DNA of 64,000 nucleotides from Acidobacteriota bacterium (GTDB lineage: Bacteria; Acidobacteriota; UBA890; WLXD01). A program made the position numbers and the translations under genes. Location of the stretch: the NCBI GenBank assembly GCA_965205505.1, contig CBDBHB010000009.1, forward strand, positions 1,856,001-1,920,000, in the 5' to 3' direction. This document shows positions 9,231-20,331 of this stretch, in pieces; the first letter of the stretch is position 1, and every line of letters begins with the position of its first letter. The notes beneath the pieces are model-generated. The model made no database searches. It was not told the origin of the DNA and saw only the letters and a list, made by a program, of their open reading frames with translations.

Positions 9231-11123
9231 GTGATGCGATCAGGCATGCGCTCGACGACTGGGCGGCTCAGTGCGCTCGCCCTGCTCGCGCTGCTGCTGC
9301 CCGGCCATCAGGCCACCGTCGTCAAGTTCCCTGACCCGGATATCGGCGAGCAAACGCTGCAAGCACGCCGCGCGGCGCAGCTGGCTGCTGCCGAGAGCAT
9401 CAGCGTGGCCCACGACTTCCAGTTCGTCGATCGACTTCCGGAGAGCGGCATCACGTTTCGCAACCGCGTCGTCGACGACGCGGCGCGTACCCACAAGGCA
9501 GCGCACTACGATCACGGAACCGGGCTAGCGGTAGCCGATGTTGACGGCGACGGGCTGCTCGACCTGTACTTCGTCAACCAGATCGGCACCAACGAGTTGT
9601 GGCGCAACCTCGGTGCCGGTCGCTTCGAGAACATCACCAAGCGTGCCGGAGTGGGCCGCGCAGACGTGGTCAGCGTCGGCGCCTCGTTCGCCGACATCGA
9701 CAACGACGGCGACCCGGATCTGTTCGTCACCAGTGTGCGGGGCGGCAACGCGCTGTTCGAGAACCGCGGCGGACGCTTCCGAGATATCTCCGCCGCCGCC
9801 GGCGTGGATTATGTTGGCCATTCCTCTGGCGCGGTCTTCCTGGACTACGACGGCGATGGCCTGCTGGACTTGCTGGTAACCAACGTCGGCACCTACACGA
9901 GCGACGAGCGCGCCGACGGCTTCTTCACGGCGCTGGAAGATGCTTTTGAGGGGCATCTGTTTTCCGAGCGCAGCGAGGCCAGCATTCTCTATCGCAACCT
10001 CGGCGACAACGCGTTCCGCGAGGTGTCGGCCGCTGCCGGGCTTGTCGACGACTCGTGGAGCGGCGACGCCAGCATCGTCGATTTCGACGCCGACAATGAT
10101 CCGGACCTGTACATCTTGAACATGCAGGGTAGCGATCATTACTACGAGAACACCGCCGGCGTGTTCGTCGACAGGACCGCCGCCAACTTCGCCCGTACCC
10201 CATGGGGAGCCATGGGTATCAAGGCGTTCGATCATGACAATGACGGCGATCTCGACCTGTTCCTGACCGATATGCACTCGGACATGAACGACGAGGTCGG
10301 GCCGGAAGGGGAATCGGACAAGCAGCGGTTCCGCTACTTCTATCAGGAGGCGTTCATCCACATGATGGGAAATGCCTTCTATCGCAACGATGGCGCCGGC
10401 GGCTTCACCGAGATTTCCGACGCTATCGGGCTCGAGAACTTCTGGCCCTGGGGGACCAGCGTGGACGATATCAACGCCGACGGCTGGGAAGATGTCTTCA
10501 TCGCCTCGAGCATGAACTATCCGTTCCGCTACCAGATCAACTCGTTGCGCCTCAACCAACGTGGCGGGGGGTTCGCTGCTGCCGAGTTCGTCCTCGGGAT
10601 CGAGCCGCGCCGGGAGGGCCGAATCAGGACCCCATGGTTCGAAGTCGACTGCGGGGCCGACGATCGACCGGAGACGGAGTTGATTGCCACCCACTGTGCC
10701 GGCCAGGAGGGTGCGATCGGCGTGCTCGGAACAGTGGGCACGCGTACGTCGGCGATCGTCGATCTCGACAACGACGGCGACCTCGACATCGTAACCGGCG
10801 AGTTCAACAGCGAGCCGCAGTTGCTGTTCAGCGATCTCGCCGAGCGGCACGAGATTCACTGGCTTCAGGTGGCGCTCGAGGGCACGGCGTCCAATCGTGA
10901 CGGGCTCGGCGCCTGGGTCACGGTGTACACCGCCGACGGACAGCGAACCCGCTACCGGGACGGTAAGTCGGGATACCTGTCGCAAAGCTCGACGGCGCTC
11001 TACTTCGGGCTCGGCGAAGCAACCTCGGTCGACCGGGTGGCGGTCACCTGGCAGGGCGGCGCGACGCAGGTTCTCGAGGGTCCGATCGCGTCCAACCAGC
11101 TGCTGCGTATCCGGCAGCAGTAG
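9231..11123 (+). CDS. CRTAC1-family FG-GAP repeat protein with C-terminal ASPIC/UnbV domain
   Basis: Repeated DxDxDGxxDL motifs; C-terminal SNRDGLGAWV..GYLSQS..LYFGLG. Confidence 0.9.
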   Translation: MMRSGMRSTTGRLSALALLALLLPGHQATVVKFPDPDIGEQTLQARRAAQLAAAESISVAHDFQFVDRLPESGITFRNRVVDDAARTHKAAHYDHGTGLAVADVDGDGLLDLYFVNQIGTNELWRNLGAGRFENITKRAGVGRADVVSVGASFADIDNDGDPDLFVTSVRGGNALFENRGGRFRDISAAAGVDYVGHSSGAVFLDYDGDGLLDLLVTNVGTYTSDERADGFFTALEDAFEGHLFSERSEASILYRNLGDNAFREVSAAAGLVDDSWSGDASIVDFDADNDPDLYILNMQGSDHYYENTAGVFVDRTAANFARTPWGAMGIKAFDHDNDGDLDLFLTDMHSDMNDEVGPEGESDKQRFRYFYQEAFIHMMGNAFYRNDGAGGFTEISDAIGLENFWPWGTSVDDINADGWEDVFIASSMNYPFRYQINSLRLNQRGGGFAAAEFVLGIEPRREGRIRTPWFEVDCGADDRPETELIATHCAGQEGAIGVLGTVGTRTSAIVDLDNDGDLDIVTGEFNSEPQLLFSDLAERHEIHWLQVALEGTASNRDGLGAWVTVYTADGQRTRYRDGKSGYLSQSSTALYFGLGEATSVDRVAVTWQGGATQVLEGPIASNQLLRIRQQ

Positions 11124-11177
11124 GGCCCGTATGTCAGCACGGCGGGCGTCGGCAAGGTCGACGGCGGGCTGTGGCGG

Positions 11178-13663
11178 CTACTCCTCGGCGAGAGCCGCCA
11201 CCGGGTCGATGCGTGTGGCGCGGCGTGCGGGTATGAGGCAGGCAAACAGCGCCACCACGCCCAGAACCCCGCTCACCGTGAAGACGACCGCGGGCTCCAT
11301 CGCCGAGACGCCGAACAGCTGGCTCTCGATGACTCGACGCAGGGCCAGCGCGCCGCCCATTCCGAGCGCCAATCCTAGGCCCAGGATGGCGGTGCCTTCT
11401 CGCAGCACCAGGGCGAAGATTGACCGCGCGTTGCCGCCCAGGGCCGACCGAATGCCAAACTCCTTGGTGCGAAGCTGCACCAGATAGGCGAGGACGCCAT
11501 AGATACCCACAGCCGCGAGCATCAGAGCCACGCCGCTGAAGCCTGCCGCCAGCAGCATCGGCGTGCGCCGGTTGGTCATCGACGCATCGACGCGCTCCTG
11601 CAGTGTCCGGATGTCATAAGCGGCAGGTCGGGGTCGATCGTGGCGATGACGCGACGCACGGTGTCGGTGAGCAACCGTGGGTCGCCGCTGGTGCGGATCG
11701 CGATGTCGACTCCGCTTCTGGGGTCCTGCTCGTAGGGGAAGTAATAGGCGCCGGTCTCGCTGAAGCCAAGCTCGAGCCGACCCATCTGCACCGGTTCGAT
11801 GATCCCTACGATTTCGAAGAACTCCGCGTTCTCGGTGTTCATGATGTCTTCGGCGCTCCCCGGAAGCCACATGCGCTTCCCCAGCGCCTCCCCTGGGCCC
11901 CAGAAGCGCGCCGCGAGGTGCTCGTCGATGATGATCGTCTGGAGACCGTCGGCCGTGTCGCGTGAATCAAAGCTACGGCCCTGCGTCACGCGGATACCGA
12001 GCGTGGCGAAGTAGTCAGGTGTCACCACGTTCTGTTGCGGAGAGACCGCCGACTCTCCCGGCTCCATGACGTGGCCCTCAGCGAAGATAACGCTGTCGCT
12101 GCCGCCGTCGCCGAACGGAATCTGGGTTGTGAAGCCGACGGATTCTACTCCGGGGAGACTGGCGATCGCCGGCAAAGCCTCCACGGCAAAGGCGCGCAGA
12201 TCGGAGTCTTCCGGATAGCCGGTAGGCGTGAGCGAGACAGCTCCGGTCAGCACGCCCTGCGGATCGAATCCGGTTTCGACATTCAGCAGCTGGCGGAAGC
12301 TGGCCATGAGCAGGCCTGCGGCGACCAGCAGCATGAGCGCGAAGGCCACCTGCGCCACCACCATTCCCCGCCGCACGTGACGAAGTCCTCGCGACGCGGT
12401 GCCGGAACGGCCCTCCTGCCGGAATACGGCGCTCAGATCTAGCCGCGCCAGTCCGGCGAGCGGGATGAGCGCTACCATTACTCCTACCACGAGTGACAAC
12501 GTCACCGTGAACAAGACTGCCGTGGCGTCGAGCTCGATCTCGCCGGCGCGCGGCAGCTGATCGATCCCCATGGCGCCGAGCGCTCGGAGGCCAGCCTGTC
12601 CGAGCAGTAGTCCGGCGACGCCGCCGGTGATGCTCAGCACGGCGATCTCGGTCAGCAGCTGCCGAACGACGCGACGATACCGGGCGCCGAGCGCCAGGCG
12701 CGTGGCCAGCTCTTTGGAGCGGGCCGTCGAGCGTACCAGCACCAGGTTGGCGACGTTCACGCAGCCGATCAGCAGCACGAAACCGACACCACCCCAGAGC
12801 ATGAAGAGCACACCGCGCACGTCGTGTGTGAGGTCCTCCTGGAGTGCGTAGAGCGGCGTGTGGAAGCCTGCGTCTAGCAGCAATGGCTTGAGCGCCGGCA
12901 TCTTCTCGAGGTTGGCGGCGTTGAGTGCGTTGACCTGCTGCTGTGCCTGCTCGATTGACGTGCCAGGCCGAAGGCGCGCGAACATCGTCAGGTTGTTGCC
13001 GTGGTATCGCTGCCGTCGTTCGGGCGTGAACGCGAGAGCGGTCCACAGGCGCACGCTCGGATCGAGGAACGCGAATCCCCGCGGCATGATGCCGACGATG
13101 GTGAACGGCGTGGCGTCGATGCGCATCTCGGATCCGACAACCGACGGATCGCCGGCGTATAGCTGTTCCCACAGTCCGTGGCTGAGCACGACGACGCTGT
13201 TTTGCCCGTCTTCTCCCTCGGCTGCGGTGAAGGTTCGCCCGCGCGCCGCTTCGGCGCCCAACACGCCGAAGAACGACGGCGTTGCTTCCTGCGCTGTGAT
13301 GCGCTGCTGAGTGCCCTCTATCTCGATGCTTCGACCTTGGTACCTGTAGGCCGCGACCGACTCGAATGCGTCCAGCTCGCCGCGATCGTAGAAGTCGGGG
13401 ACGCTGTTCGAGCCGCGAAGTCGGCTCGTTCCGCTGCCCGCCATGGCGCCGGGATAAGCATTCCACATGGTGACCAGGCGTTCCGGCTCCGGCACGTCGA
13501 GCGGCTGCAAGATGACTGAGTTAACGACGCTGAAGATCGTCGTGTTGGCGCCGATGCACAGGGCAAGGGTGAGGCCGGCGGTGGACAGAAACGCCTTGTC
13601 CTTCCAGAGTTGTCGAACAGCGAACCTAATGTCCTGCAGTAATGCGTCCAAGGAGGCCTCCAT
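11178..13663 (-). pseudogene. Duplicated orphan ABC permease (ADOP, MacB/FtsX-like), 1-nt frameshift near 11620
   Basis: QDIRFAVRQL, LALCIGANTTIFSVVN, LLIGCVNVANL; C-terminus (GIYGVLAY..IPARRATRIDP) lies in a second frame. Confidence 0.85.
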
Positions 13664-13780
13664 AGCTCATGGTGGCTCATACGGTCGGAACCGCGGTGGG
13701 TTTCGCCTGTGTGAGCCAAGGTTCTGGGCGCACGTCAGAAACGGGCGCCAAAGCACACTCACCCCGACGGTCGTAGATGA

Positions 13781-13797
13781 ACTACGACGAACGTAGT
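13781..13797. promoter_or_regulatory. Putative BlaI/CopY operator palindrome ACTACG-N5-CGTAGT
   Basis: Perfect 6-bp inverted repeat just upstream of the BlaI-family gene. Confidence 0.65.
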
Positions 13798-13809
13798 AGA
13801 ATCGCTCCT

Positions 13810-14211
13810 GTGACGAACGCCAAGGGGAAGTCGGGTGGCCTAGGCGAACTCGAATCTGCGGTCATGCGGGTTGCCTGGGAACGGGGTCAGGCCACCGTGG
13901 CCGAAGCGCGCCAAGCGCTGGAGCCGGAGCGATCGCTGGCCTACACGACCGTGATGACGGTGATGTCGCGATTGGCAGACAAGGGTCTGCTGCGGCGTCA
14001 AAAGGAGGGCCGCGCCTACGTCTACCGCCCAGCGGTGGCACAGGACGAGGTAGCGGGCAGACTATTGAGGTCCCTGGTCGGCCGTCTCTACGGGGGCTCG
14101 CCGGCTCACGCCATCGCCTACCTGATCGAGGCGGAGCCCGCGGTCGATGATCAGGAGCTTGCGAGGCTCGAAGAGTTGATCCGTCGTAAGCGAGGCGGTG
14201 GCGATCGATGA
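13810..14211 (+). CDS. BlaI/MecI/CopY family transcriptional repressor
   Basis: LGELESAVM..W, LAYTTVMTVMSRLADKGLL, GRAYVY. Confidence 0.92.
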   Translation: MTNAKGKSGGLGELESAVMRVAWERGQATVAEARQALEPERSLAYTTVMTVMSRLADKGLLRRQKEGRAYVYRPAVAQDEVAGRLLRSLVGRLYGGSPAHAIAYLIEAEPAVDDQELARLEELIRRKRGGGDR

Positions 14212-15200
14212 GCCCGGCGACCCGCTTCCTGCTCTACAACCTGTTGCCGGCGATGGTAGCCGGGGCCTTCGTCTGGGCGCTGGTGCACGCGGGCGTGCAT
14301 TTGTTGCGGATTCGGCACGGCAAGCTGCGCTTGTGCCTCTACATGGCGCCGCTGATCAAGTCGACCCTGGTCTTGGTCGGGATGACGATCGTGTTGCGTT
14401 GGCCGCGTGACGTGTTCGAGGGTTGGCGCGCCGGCGCCTTGCCGCCGCAGACCGTCGCTCCGATCCTGGTGGTGCTTACCGGGCTGGTGCTGATTGCACG
14501 CAGCTTTGCGGTGCGCCGCTCAGAGCGCGTTCTGCTGGCCGGAGCTACCTCGGCGGGTCAGCTCTCGCCGCCGCTGGCCGAGGCGTATGGCCGCGTGCTG
14601 CGCGCCTTCAAAGAGCGCGGCGCTCACCGGCTCGGGGATTGTGACTGGGTACCCGAGCTGCCCGCTCCCCGCTTGATGGCGACCGACAGTGACCTGCGCT
14701 CGCCCGCGGTCGTGTTCGGAGAGCAGCCGACCATTGTGTTCCCGCGCGGCTTGATCAACCGGCTGCAAGAGACCGAGCTGGATGCGGTGCTCGCACACGA
14801 GCTCGCCCATGTCTACCTGCGCGCGCCGTTGAGCTGTTTAACCGCCGAGGCGGCGCGTACCTTGACACTGGTAAACCCGATGGCCGGTTTGATGGCGGCC
14901 CAGCTGCATCGGGAAGAGGAAAGCGCCTGCGATGACGTAGCCGTCGCCGCCACCGGAAGCGCCGACCGGTACGCCGCCACATTGCTCGAGTGCTACCGCT
15001 ACGCCACCGAGTCCGAGTCGACCGGTCTACTGACCGCCCGCCTGCAGCATGTGCCGCAGCTGTTGGGGGTCCGGCCGATGCTGTCGGAGCGCATCGAGCG
15101 GCTGGTGAGCGGGCGCGGGCCGGCCGAGAATCTCGGCGCACAGTACATAGCGTTCGCGCTCTTATGGACCGTGCTCTGGGTGCTCGTTTTCTCGGTGTGA
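14208..15200 (+). CDS. M56 (BlaR1-like) membrane metallopeptidase without penicillin-binding sensor domain
   Basis: TM helices, LAHELAH zinc motif, NP, EESACD, ERIERL; downstream of BlaI gene. Confidence 0.88.
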   Translation: MSPATRFLLYNLLPAMVAGAFVWALVHAGVHLLRIRHGKLRLCLYMAPLIKSTLVLVGMTIVLRWPRDVFEGWRAGALPPQTVAPILVVLTGLVLIARSFAVRRSERVLLAGATSAGQLSPPLAEAYGRVLRAFKERGAHRLGDCDWVPELPAPRLMATDSDLRSPAVVFGEQPTIVFPRGLINRLQETELDAVLAHELAHVYLRAPLSCLTAEAARTLTLVNPMAGLMAAQLHREEESACDDVAVAATGSADRYAATLLECYRYATESESTGLLTARLQHVPQLLGVRPMLSERIERLVSGRGPAENLGAQYIAFALLWTVLWVLVFSV

Positions 15201-15222
15201 GTTTTTTTGTTGAACCTAAATC

Positions 15223-15237
15223 CTACCATCGTAGTAG
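15223..15237. promoter_or_regulatory. Second putative BlaI box CTAC-N7-GTAG
   Basis: Same geometry as the box at 13782-13796; abuts the RBS of the next small gene. Confidence 0.5.
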
Positions 15238-15251
15238 AAGGAGGCTGCGAG

Positions 15252-15488
15252 ATGGATCGACGAATGATTGACGAGCGGGAGCCCGGCAGGGGAGAGACCC
15301 GTGTTGTCTACACTTGCTGGCCGTGGCCCTACGGGGCGCTGTTTTGCGGCGTGTCGCTGGTGGTGATCGGTGCCGCGCTGGTGCTCAGCACGTACTTTCC
15401 CATGCGGCCTGATCTGATCTGGGGCGTGCTGCTCATGCTGTTGGGCGCGTTCGTACTGGTCTGGCACGCTCGCGGTGGCGAGATGTAG
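15252..15488 (+). CDS. Small two-TM membrane protein
   Basis: AAGGAGG RBS, ATG, two hydrophobic segments. Confidence 0.65.
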   Translation: MDRRMIDEREPGRGETRVVYTCWPWPYGALFCGVSLVVIGAALVLSTYFPMRPDLIWGVLLMLLGAFVLVWHARGGEM

Positions 15489-15530
15489 CCGCCGGATGCC
15501 CTTTTCTGCGCACTGCTTGAGTCTCTTTTC

Positions 15531-15550
15531 ATATAGGTATAAAACTATAT
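15531..15550. promoter_or_regulatory. Putative PadR operator ATATAG-N8-CTATAT
   Basis: Perfect 6-bp inverted repeat with 8-nt spacer in an AT-rich patch upstream of PadR gene. Confidence 0.55.
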
Positions 15551-15632
15551 CTATATACGGAGATTGGCCCTGGAGCCGGTCACGACATCAGAGCCGGTTT
15601 TTCGTGGCCTTGGTCCGAATGGGGAGGGACGC

Positions 15633-15995
15633 GTGGGAAGCAAGCTAGCCACGGCGAAGCTCGAAGCCGCGATACAGGCTCATGTCCCAATGAAGCCGGC
15701 TTGGTTTCAGATACTCGTTGCGATCGCCACCGGCCATTCGCATGGCTATGCGATTCGTCAGGCGGTGGAGAAGCGGACCGAGGGCCGGATTCAGCTGTGG
15801 CCGGCGACGCTGTATGGAACGCTGCGACAGCTTAGGGAGGCCGGTCTGGTGGAGGAACAAGAGCTCGCAACAGACGCGCGGCGCAAGCGGAGCTTCGTGC
15901 TGACCGAGGTCGGCCGTGCGGTGCTCGACGGCGAGACGCGTCGCCTCGAACGCCTCGTACAGATCGTGCGCACCGAATCGGTGCTGGCGCGATGA
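15633..15995 (+). CDS. PadR family transcriptional regulator
   Basis: ILVAIA..HGYAI, PATLYGTLRQLREAGLV, LTEVGRAVL; GGGAGG RBS before GTG. Confidence 0.9.
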   Translation: MGSKLATAKLEAAIQAHVPMKPAWFQILVAIATGHSHGYAIRQAVEKRTEGRIQLWPATLYGTLRQLREAGLVEEQELATDARRKRSFVLTEVGRAVLDGETRRLERLVQIVRTESVLAR

Positions 15996-18727
15996 TGCGC
16001 CCCACTGCGCGGGATCCGCTCACCGTCCGATTCGTGGGGCACCTGTTCGCCTTGGCGACCCGTCTACTTCCGACACGTTTTCGCCGGAGTCACGATGCAG
16101 AGCTGCGAGAGATGTTCGTGTTGATGGCTCGACAAGCGCATCTGCGCCGCGGGGCCGCGGGTGTGGTGATTGCCGGACTACGCTCAGCGCTCGATGTCGC
16201 CATGCGCGCTCCCCGGGAGCACAGGGCGGCGCGCGCCGGCTACCGCGTTGGCAGCTTTTCTGACCTCGGCGCCGGCGCGTTCTCCAACCTGGCGACGGAT
16301 ACCCGGCACGCTCTGAAGGCGCTGCTCAAGAGCCCCGTGTACACGAGCGTGGTCGTGACCACACAGGCGCTGGGGATTGGGGTCAACACGGCGATGTTCG
16401 GCATCGTGAACGCGGTCTTGCTGCGACCGCTGTCGTTTTTCGAGCCCGATCGATTGGTCGTGTTCCGTGGCATGCTGGACGGCGCTCCGACCGACAGCGG
16501 AACGATCGCCTACCTGAACTTCATCGACGCGCGCCAACGAGCGACTAGCCTGGATTCGTCGGCTGCCTACGACGAGTGGCGCGTCAACATCACCGGAACC
16601 GCCGAGCCCCAGCGGCTTGATGGCGCTACGGTGAATGCGGAGTTCTTCGACGTGCTCGGCGTGCGCCCGCAGCTGGGGCGTTTCTTTCTCGCCGAAGAGG
16701 ACGTCGCCGGCAACGATCGGGTCGTCGTTCTCAGCCACGGTCTGTGGCAGCGCAAATTCGGGGGCAACGCCAGCGCCATCGGCACCGAGGTTCAGCTCAA
16801 CGGCAATCCGCACGTTGTGGTGGGGGTAGCCCCGGTCGATTTCGAGGATCCCCTGTTGTCTGGCGGCGCTTGGAAGGCGCCGGAGATTTGGCGGCCGCTG
16901 GGATTCTTCGGGGCTCTGGCTGAGGATCAGCCATCGCGAGGCTCGAGCTCCTACACCGCGATTGGGAGACTCGCCGTAGGCATCTCCCTGAGTGAAGCGC
17001 GCACCGAGCTCCAGGGCATCGCGGCGCAGCTGGAGAGCGCCTACCCTGACAACAACGCCGGGGTGGGAATGACCCTGATATCCCAACAGCGCGGCATGGT
17101 GGGCAGCGCGCGACCTTCATTGCTTCTTCTGTTCGCGGCGGTCGGCTTGGTAATGGCGATCGCAGTGGTAAATGTCGCCAGTCTGGTGCTGACGCGGGCG
17201 GCGGATCGAGGCCGCGACACGGCCCTGCGTATCGCGCTTGGAGCCAGCCACCGCCGCCTGGGCCAGCTCTTTCTAGCCGAGGGGCTGTTGCTGAGCGGCC
17301 TCGGGGGCGGGCTCGGCATCGCGCTGGCGGTCGGGCTTGCGAGGCTGTTCGTCGGGCTTGCAGGCGGTAGCTTACCGCGCGCCGCCTCGGTTCAGATCGA
17401 TCCCTCGGTGCTCGCGTTCACCGCCGCGGTCACCATACTCACCGGCTTGGCCTGCGGGGTTTCGCCGATGTTGCGGAGCTTCCGACTCGACCTGCAGACG
17501 GCGCTGCATGTGGGTGGCAAGGGGGTTGCGCTACGCGGCGGCGATCGCGGCGCCCGGCGCGCCCTGGTGGTGGCCGAGGTGGCATTCGCCCTGGTTCTGC
17601 TCGTCGGTGCCGGGCTGCTCATACGAAGCTTTTGGAACCTGACGCACGTGGAGCATGGGATCGAATCGTCGAATCTACTGTTTTTCGACATCTCGCTGCC
17701 GGCCGGCGATTATCCGGATGCCGCCGACTCAACGGGGTTCTTCACGAGGCTGACTGCAGAGCTCGAGCGTGAGCCCGGCATAGAGGCCGCTGCGAGCGTC
17801 AACATCCTGCCGCTGTCGGGGAATTTCGACGGCGTCGGTCATCGCGCCGCCGACCGGCCGCCGCCGCCGCCGAACCAGTGGCGCAGCCCGCAGGTGCGCA
17901 CCGTCACGCCCGGCTATTTCGCGGTAATGGGGATCGAGCTGGTGTCGGGGCGACTGCTAAACGAGCGCGACGTGCCCGACAGTGAGCGCGTCGCCGTTGT
18001 CAATGAGACGTTCGCCGAGGAGCTCTGGCCGGGCGAGGATCCGCTGGGTCGCGAGCTGCTCAACTACGAAGACAGTCCCATCACCGTCGTAGGGGTCGTC
18101 AAAGGCGTCAAGCACCTGCAGCTGGACGAGGCGCCCGAACCGGCGATGTATGTCGCCCACCCTCAGGGAATCATCCCCTGGCATACGCGGCGGGGCACGT
18201 TGGTGGCCAAGACCGCGAGCCGGGCGCTGGATCAGGTGGCGGCGGCGCGAGCCGTGGTGCAAGGAATCGACCCGAACCTGCCGGTAGCCGATCTCCGAAC
18301 GATGGACGGCGTGTTGGACGCCGCCGTTGCCTCACCGCGATTTCGCACCATGCTGCTGACATCGTTCGCCGCTCTGGCGCTCACCCTGGCGGTGATCGGG
18401 GTCTATGGGGTCATCGCGTATTCCGTATCTCATCGGCTTCGAGAGGTCGCCATTCGACTGGCGCTCGGCGGCCAGCGCCGGCAGGTACTCAGCCACCTGC
18501 TCCGCGACAGTTTGAGTCCGGTCTGGCTCGGGGTTGCCCTGGGCCTCGGCCTCTCGGTTGCGATGGCCCGTCTGCTCGAAGGCATGCTCTTCGGCGTGCC
18601 GCCGTTGGATCTGGCGGCCTTCGCCACGGTCGCGGTGTTGTTGACCGGGATCGCCACGACGGCGGCGTGGATACCCGCCCGCCGCGCTCTGCGAGTGGAT
18701 CCGATGACGACGCTGCGAGACGAGTGA
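15992..18727 (+). CDS. Duplicated orphan ABC permease (ADOP, MacB/FtsX-like)
   Basis: DTRHALKALLKSP, GIGVNTAMFGIVNAVLLRPL, GVYGVIAYSV, IPARRALRVDP; coupled to PadR. Confidence 0.9.
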   Translation: MMRPTARDPLTVRFVGHLFALATRLLPTRFRRSHDAELREMFVLMARQAHLRRGAAGVVIAGLRSALDVAMRAPREHRAARAGYRVGSFSDLGAGAFSNLATDTRHALKALLKSPVYTSVVVTTQALGIGVNTAMFGIVNAVLLRPLSFFEPDRLVVFRGMLDGAPTDSGTIAYLNFIDARQRATSLDSSAAYDEWRVNITGTAEPQRLDGATVNAEFFDVLGVRPQLGRFFLAEEDVAGNDRVVVLSHGLWQRKFGGNASAIGTEVQLNGNPHVVVGVAPVDFEDPLLSGGAWKAPEIWRPLGFFGALAEDQPSRGSSSYTAIGRLAVGISLSEARTELQGIAAQLESAYPDNNAGVGMTLISQQRGMVGSARPSLLLLFAAVGLVMAIAVVNVASLVLTRAADRGRDTALRIALGASHRRLGQLFLAEGLLLSGLGGGLGIALAVGLARLFVGLAGGSLPRAASVQIDPSVLAFTAAVTILTGLACGVSPMLRSFRLDLQTALHVGGKGVALRGGDRGARRALVVAEVAFALVLLVGAGLLIRSFWNLTHVEHGIESSNLLFFDISLPAGDYPDAADSTGFFTRLTAELEREPGIEAAASVNILPLSGNFDGVGHRAADRPPPPPNQWRSPQVRTVTPGYFAVMGIELVSGRLLNERDVPDSERVAVVNETFAEELWPGEDPLGRELLNYEDSPITVVGVVKGVKHLQLDEAPEPAMYVAHPQGIIPWHTRRGTLVAKTASRALDQVAAARAVVQGIDPNLPVADLRTMDGVLDAAVASPRFRTMLLTSFAALALTLAVIGVYGVIAYSVSHRLREVAIRLALGGQRRQVLSHLLRDSLSPVWLGVALGLGLSVAMARLLEGMLFGVPPLDLAAFATVAVLLTGIATTAAWIPARRALRVDPMTTLRDE

Positions 18728-18771
18728 GGTCTATCGGCTCGCACATTGCCACGGCGCCAGCTGACGCTTCT

Positions 18772-20331
18772 CTAGGCTGATACCAAATAGCCGCGCGCCC
18801 GGCGTTCGTATTCGCGCACCTGGTCTTGCGCCCAGCGCTCGTCGCGGTCCAACTCGCGCGACAGAATGGCTGCGACCGTCGGTGCTGCCTCGATGCTGGC
18901 ACGGGCGTTCAGCAGCAGCATGCGTGTGCGGCGCGCGAGGACGTCGTGAACGGTTCGCGCCATCTCCTCGCGCACTGCCCAGATGACCTCGCAGGCACGG
19001 TGCTCGAAGCTCGGATGAAGGAGCGCTGCGCAATTGGGATCCGATGCCGCGAGCTGTTCGATCGCCGTTGCGTCGGAGCCATAGGGCGCCAGCCTCCCGA
19101 AGCGCTCGGCGTGTGCATGGTAGCCATGCGCGTTGATCTCACTGGTGACGCATGGCCGGGTTGGAAGGCCTCCAACTACCGCGGCCTGGTCGATGGTGTC
19201 CTGGGCCATTTTTCGATAGGTGGTCCATTTGCCCCCAGCGATGGTTACCAGCCCCGAGCGTGAGACGCTGACGGTGTGGTCGCGTGAGATCTCGGCGGTC
19301 GATTCGGCGCCGCCCGAGCGCACCAGCGGCCGCAGGCCAGCGAAGACACTGAGCACGTCGCTCGCCTGCGGATCACGCGTCAAGTAGCGGGCGCAATGAC
19401 GCAACAGGAAATCGACCTCGTCCGGAAACGGCCGCGGCTCCGACTCGATCGATTCGACCGGTGTATCGGTAGTGCCCACCAGCACGCGCCCGTGCCAGGG
19501 AATGGCGAACAGCACCCGTCCGTCGTCGGTGTGCGGCACCATGATGGCGCTGTCGCCCGGCAGGAAATTGCGATCGAGCACGATGTGTATGCCCTGACTG
19601 GCGCGGATGATCGGGGTTACTGCTGCGTCGTCGAGGCGGCGGATCGAGTCAGAGAAGACCCCGGTGGCGTTGACCACCGAGCGAGCGCGGATCTCACGCC
19701 GGCCGGCGCTCTCGAGGTCCTCGACAACCAGCCCATCGATCAAGCTGTCGCGGTGGAGCAGCTCGGTCACGGCGGCGTAGTTGAGCAGCGCGGCGCCCTG
19801 CTTGGCGGCCGTCTGCGCCAGGTTGATGGCAAGCCTGGCGTCGTCGAATTGGCCGTCGAAGTACAAGACACCGCCGCGCAGCCCCTCGGTCTCGATCGTC
19901 GGGATGCGCTCGATGGTCTGCTCCCTGGACAGGATCCTCGATGTGCCGAACCCGAGCTTGCCCGCCAACAGGTCGTAGACCTTCAAGCCGATGCCGTAGA
20001 ACGGCGCTTCCCACCAGTCGTAGTTGGGCACCACGAACTGTAAGTCGTGTACCAGGTGAGGGGCGTTGCGACGTAGCAGCCCGCGCTCGTGGAGTGCCTC
20101 GGTAACCAGCGCCACGTCGCCACGTTGGAGATAGCGCACGCCGCCGTGAGCGAGCTTGGTACTGCGGCTCGAGGTGCCCGAGGCGAAATCGGCCCGTTCT
20201 AGCAGCAGCGTGCGGTAGCCGCGCGCTGCAGCGTCTACAGCGCATCCCAGGCCGGTGGCCCCGCCTCCCACGACGACGATGTCCCAGCGCCCCGGCTCGT
20301 CGAGCCGACGCAGCATCGTGTCGCGGTTCAC
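18772..20331 (-). CDS. glpD: FAD-dependent glycerol-3-phosphate dehydrogenase
   Basis: [45 protein letters not shown]. Confidence 0.95.
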   Translation of the reverse strand: MNRDTMLRRLDEPGRWDIVVVGGGATGLGCAVDAAARGYRTLLLERADFASGTSSRSTKLAHGGVRYLQRGDVALVTEALHERGLLRRNAPHLVHDLQFVVPNYDWWEAPFYGIGLKVYDLLAGKLGFGTSRILSREQTIERIPTIETEGLRGGVLYFDGQFDDARLAINLAQTAAKQGAALLNYAAVTELLHRDSLIDGLVVEDLESAGRREIRARSVVNATGVFSDSIRRLDDAAVTPIIRASQGIHIVLDRNFLPGDSAIMVPHTDDGRVLFAIPWHGRVLVGTTDTPVESIESEPRPFPDEVDFLLRHCARYLTRDPQASDVLSVFAGLRPLVRSGGAESTAEISRDHTVSVSRSGLVTIAGGKWTTYRKMAQDTIDQAAVVGGLPTRPCVTSEINAHGYHAHAERFGRLAPYGSDATAIEQLAASDPNCAALLHPSFEHRACEVIWAVREEMARTVHDVLARRTRMLLLNARASIEAAPTVAAILSRELDRDERWAQDQVREYERRARGYLVSA

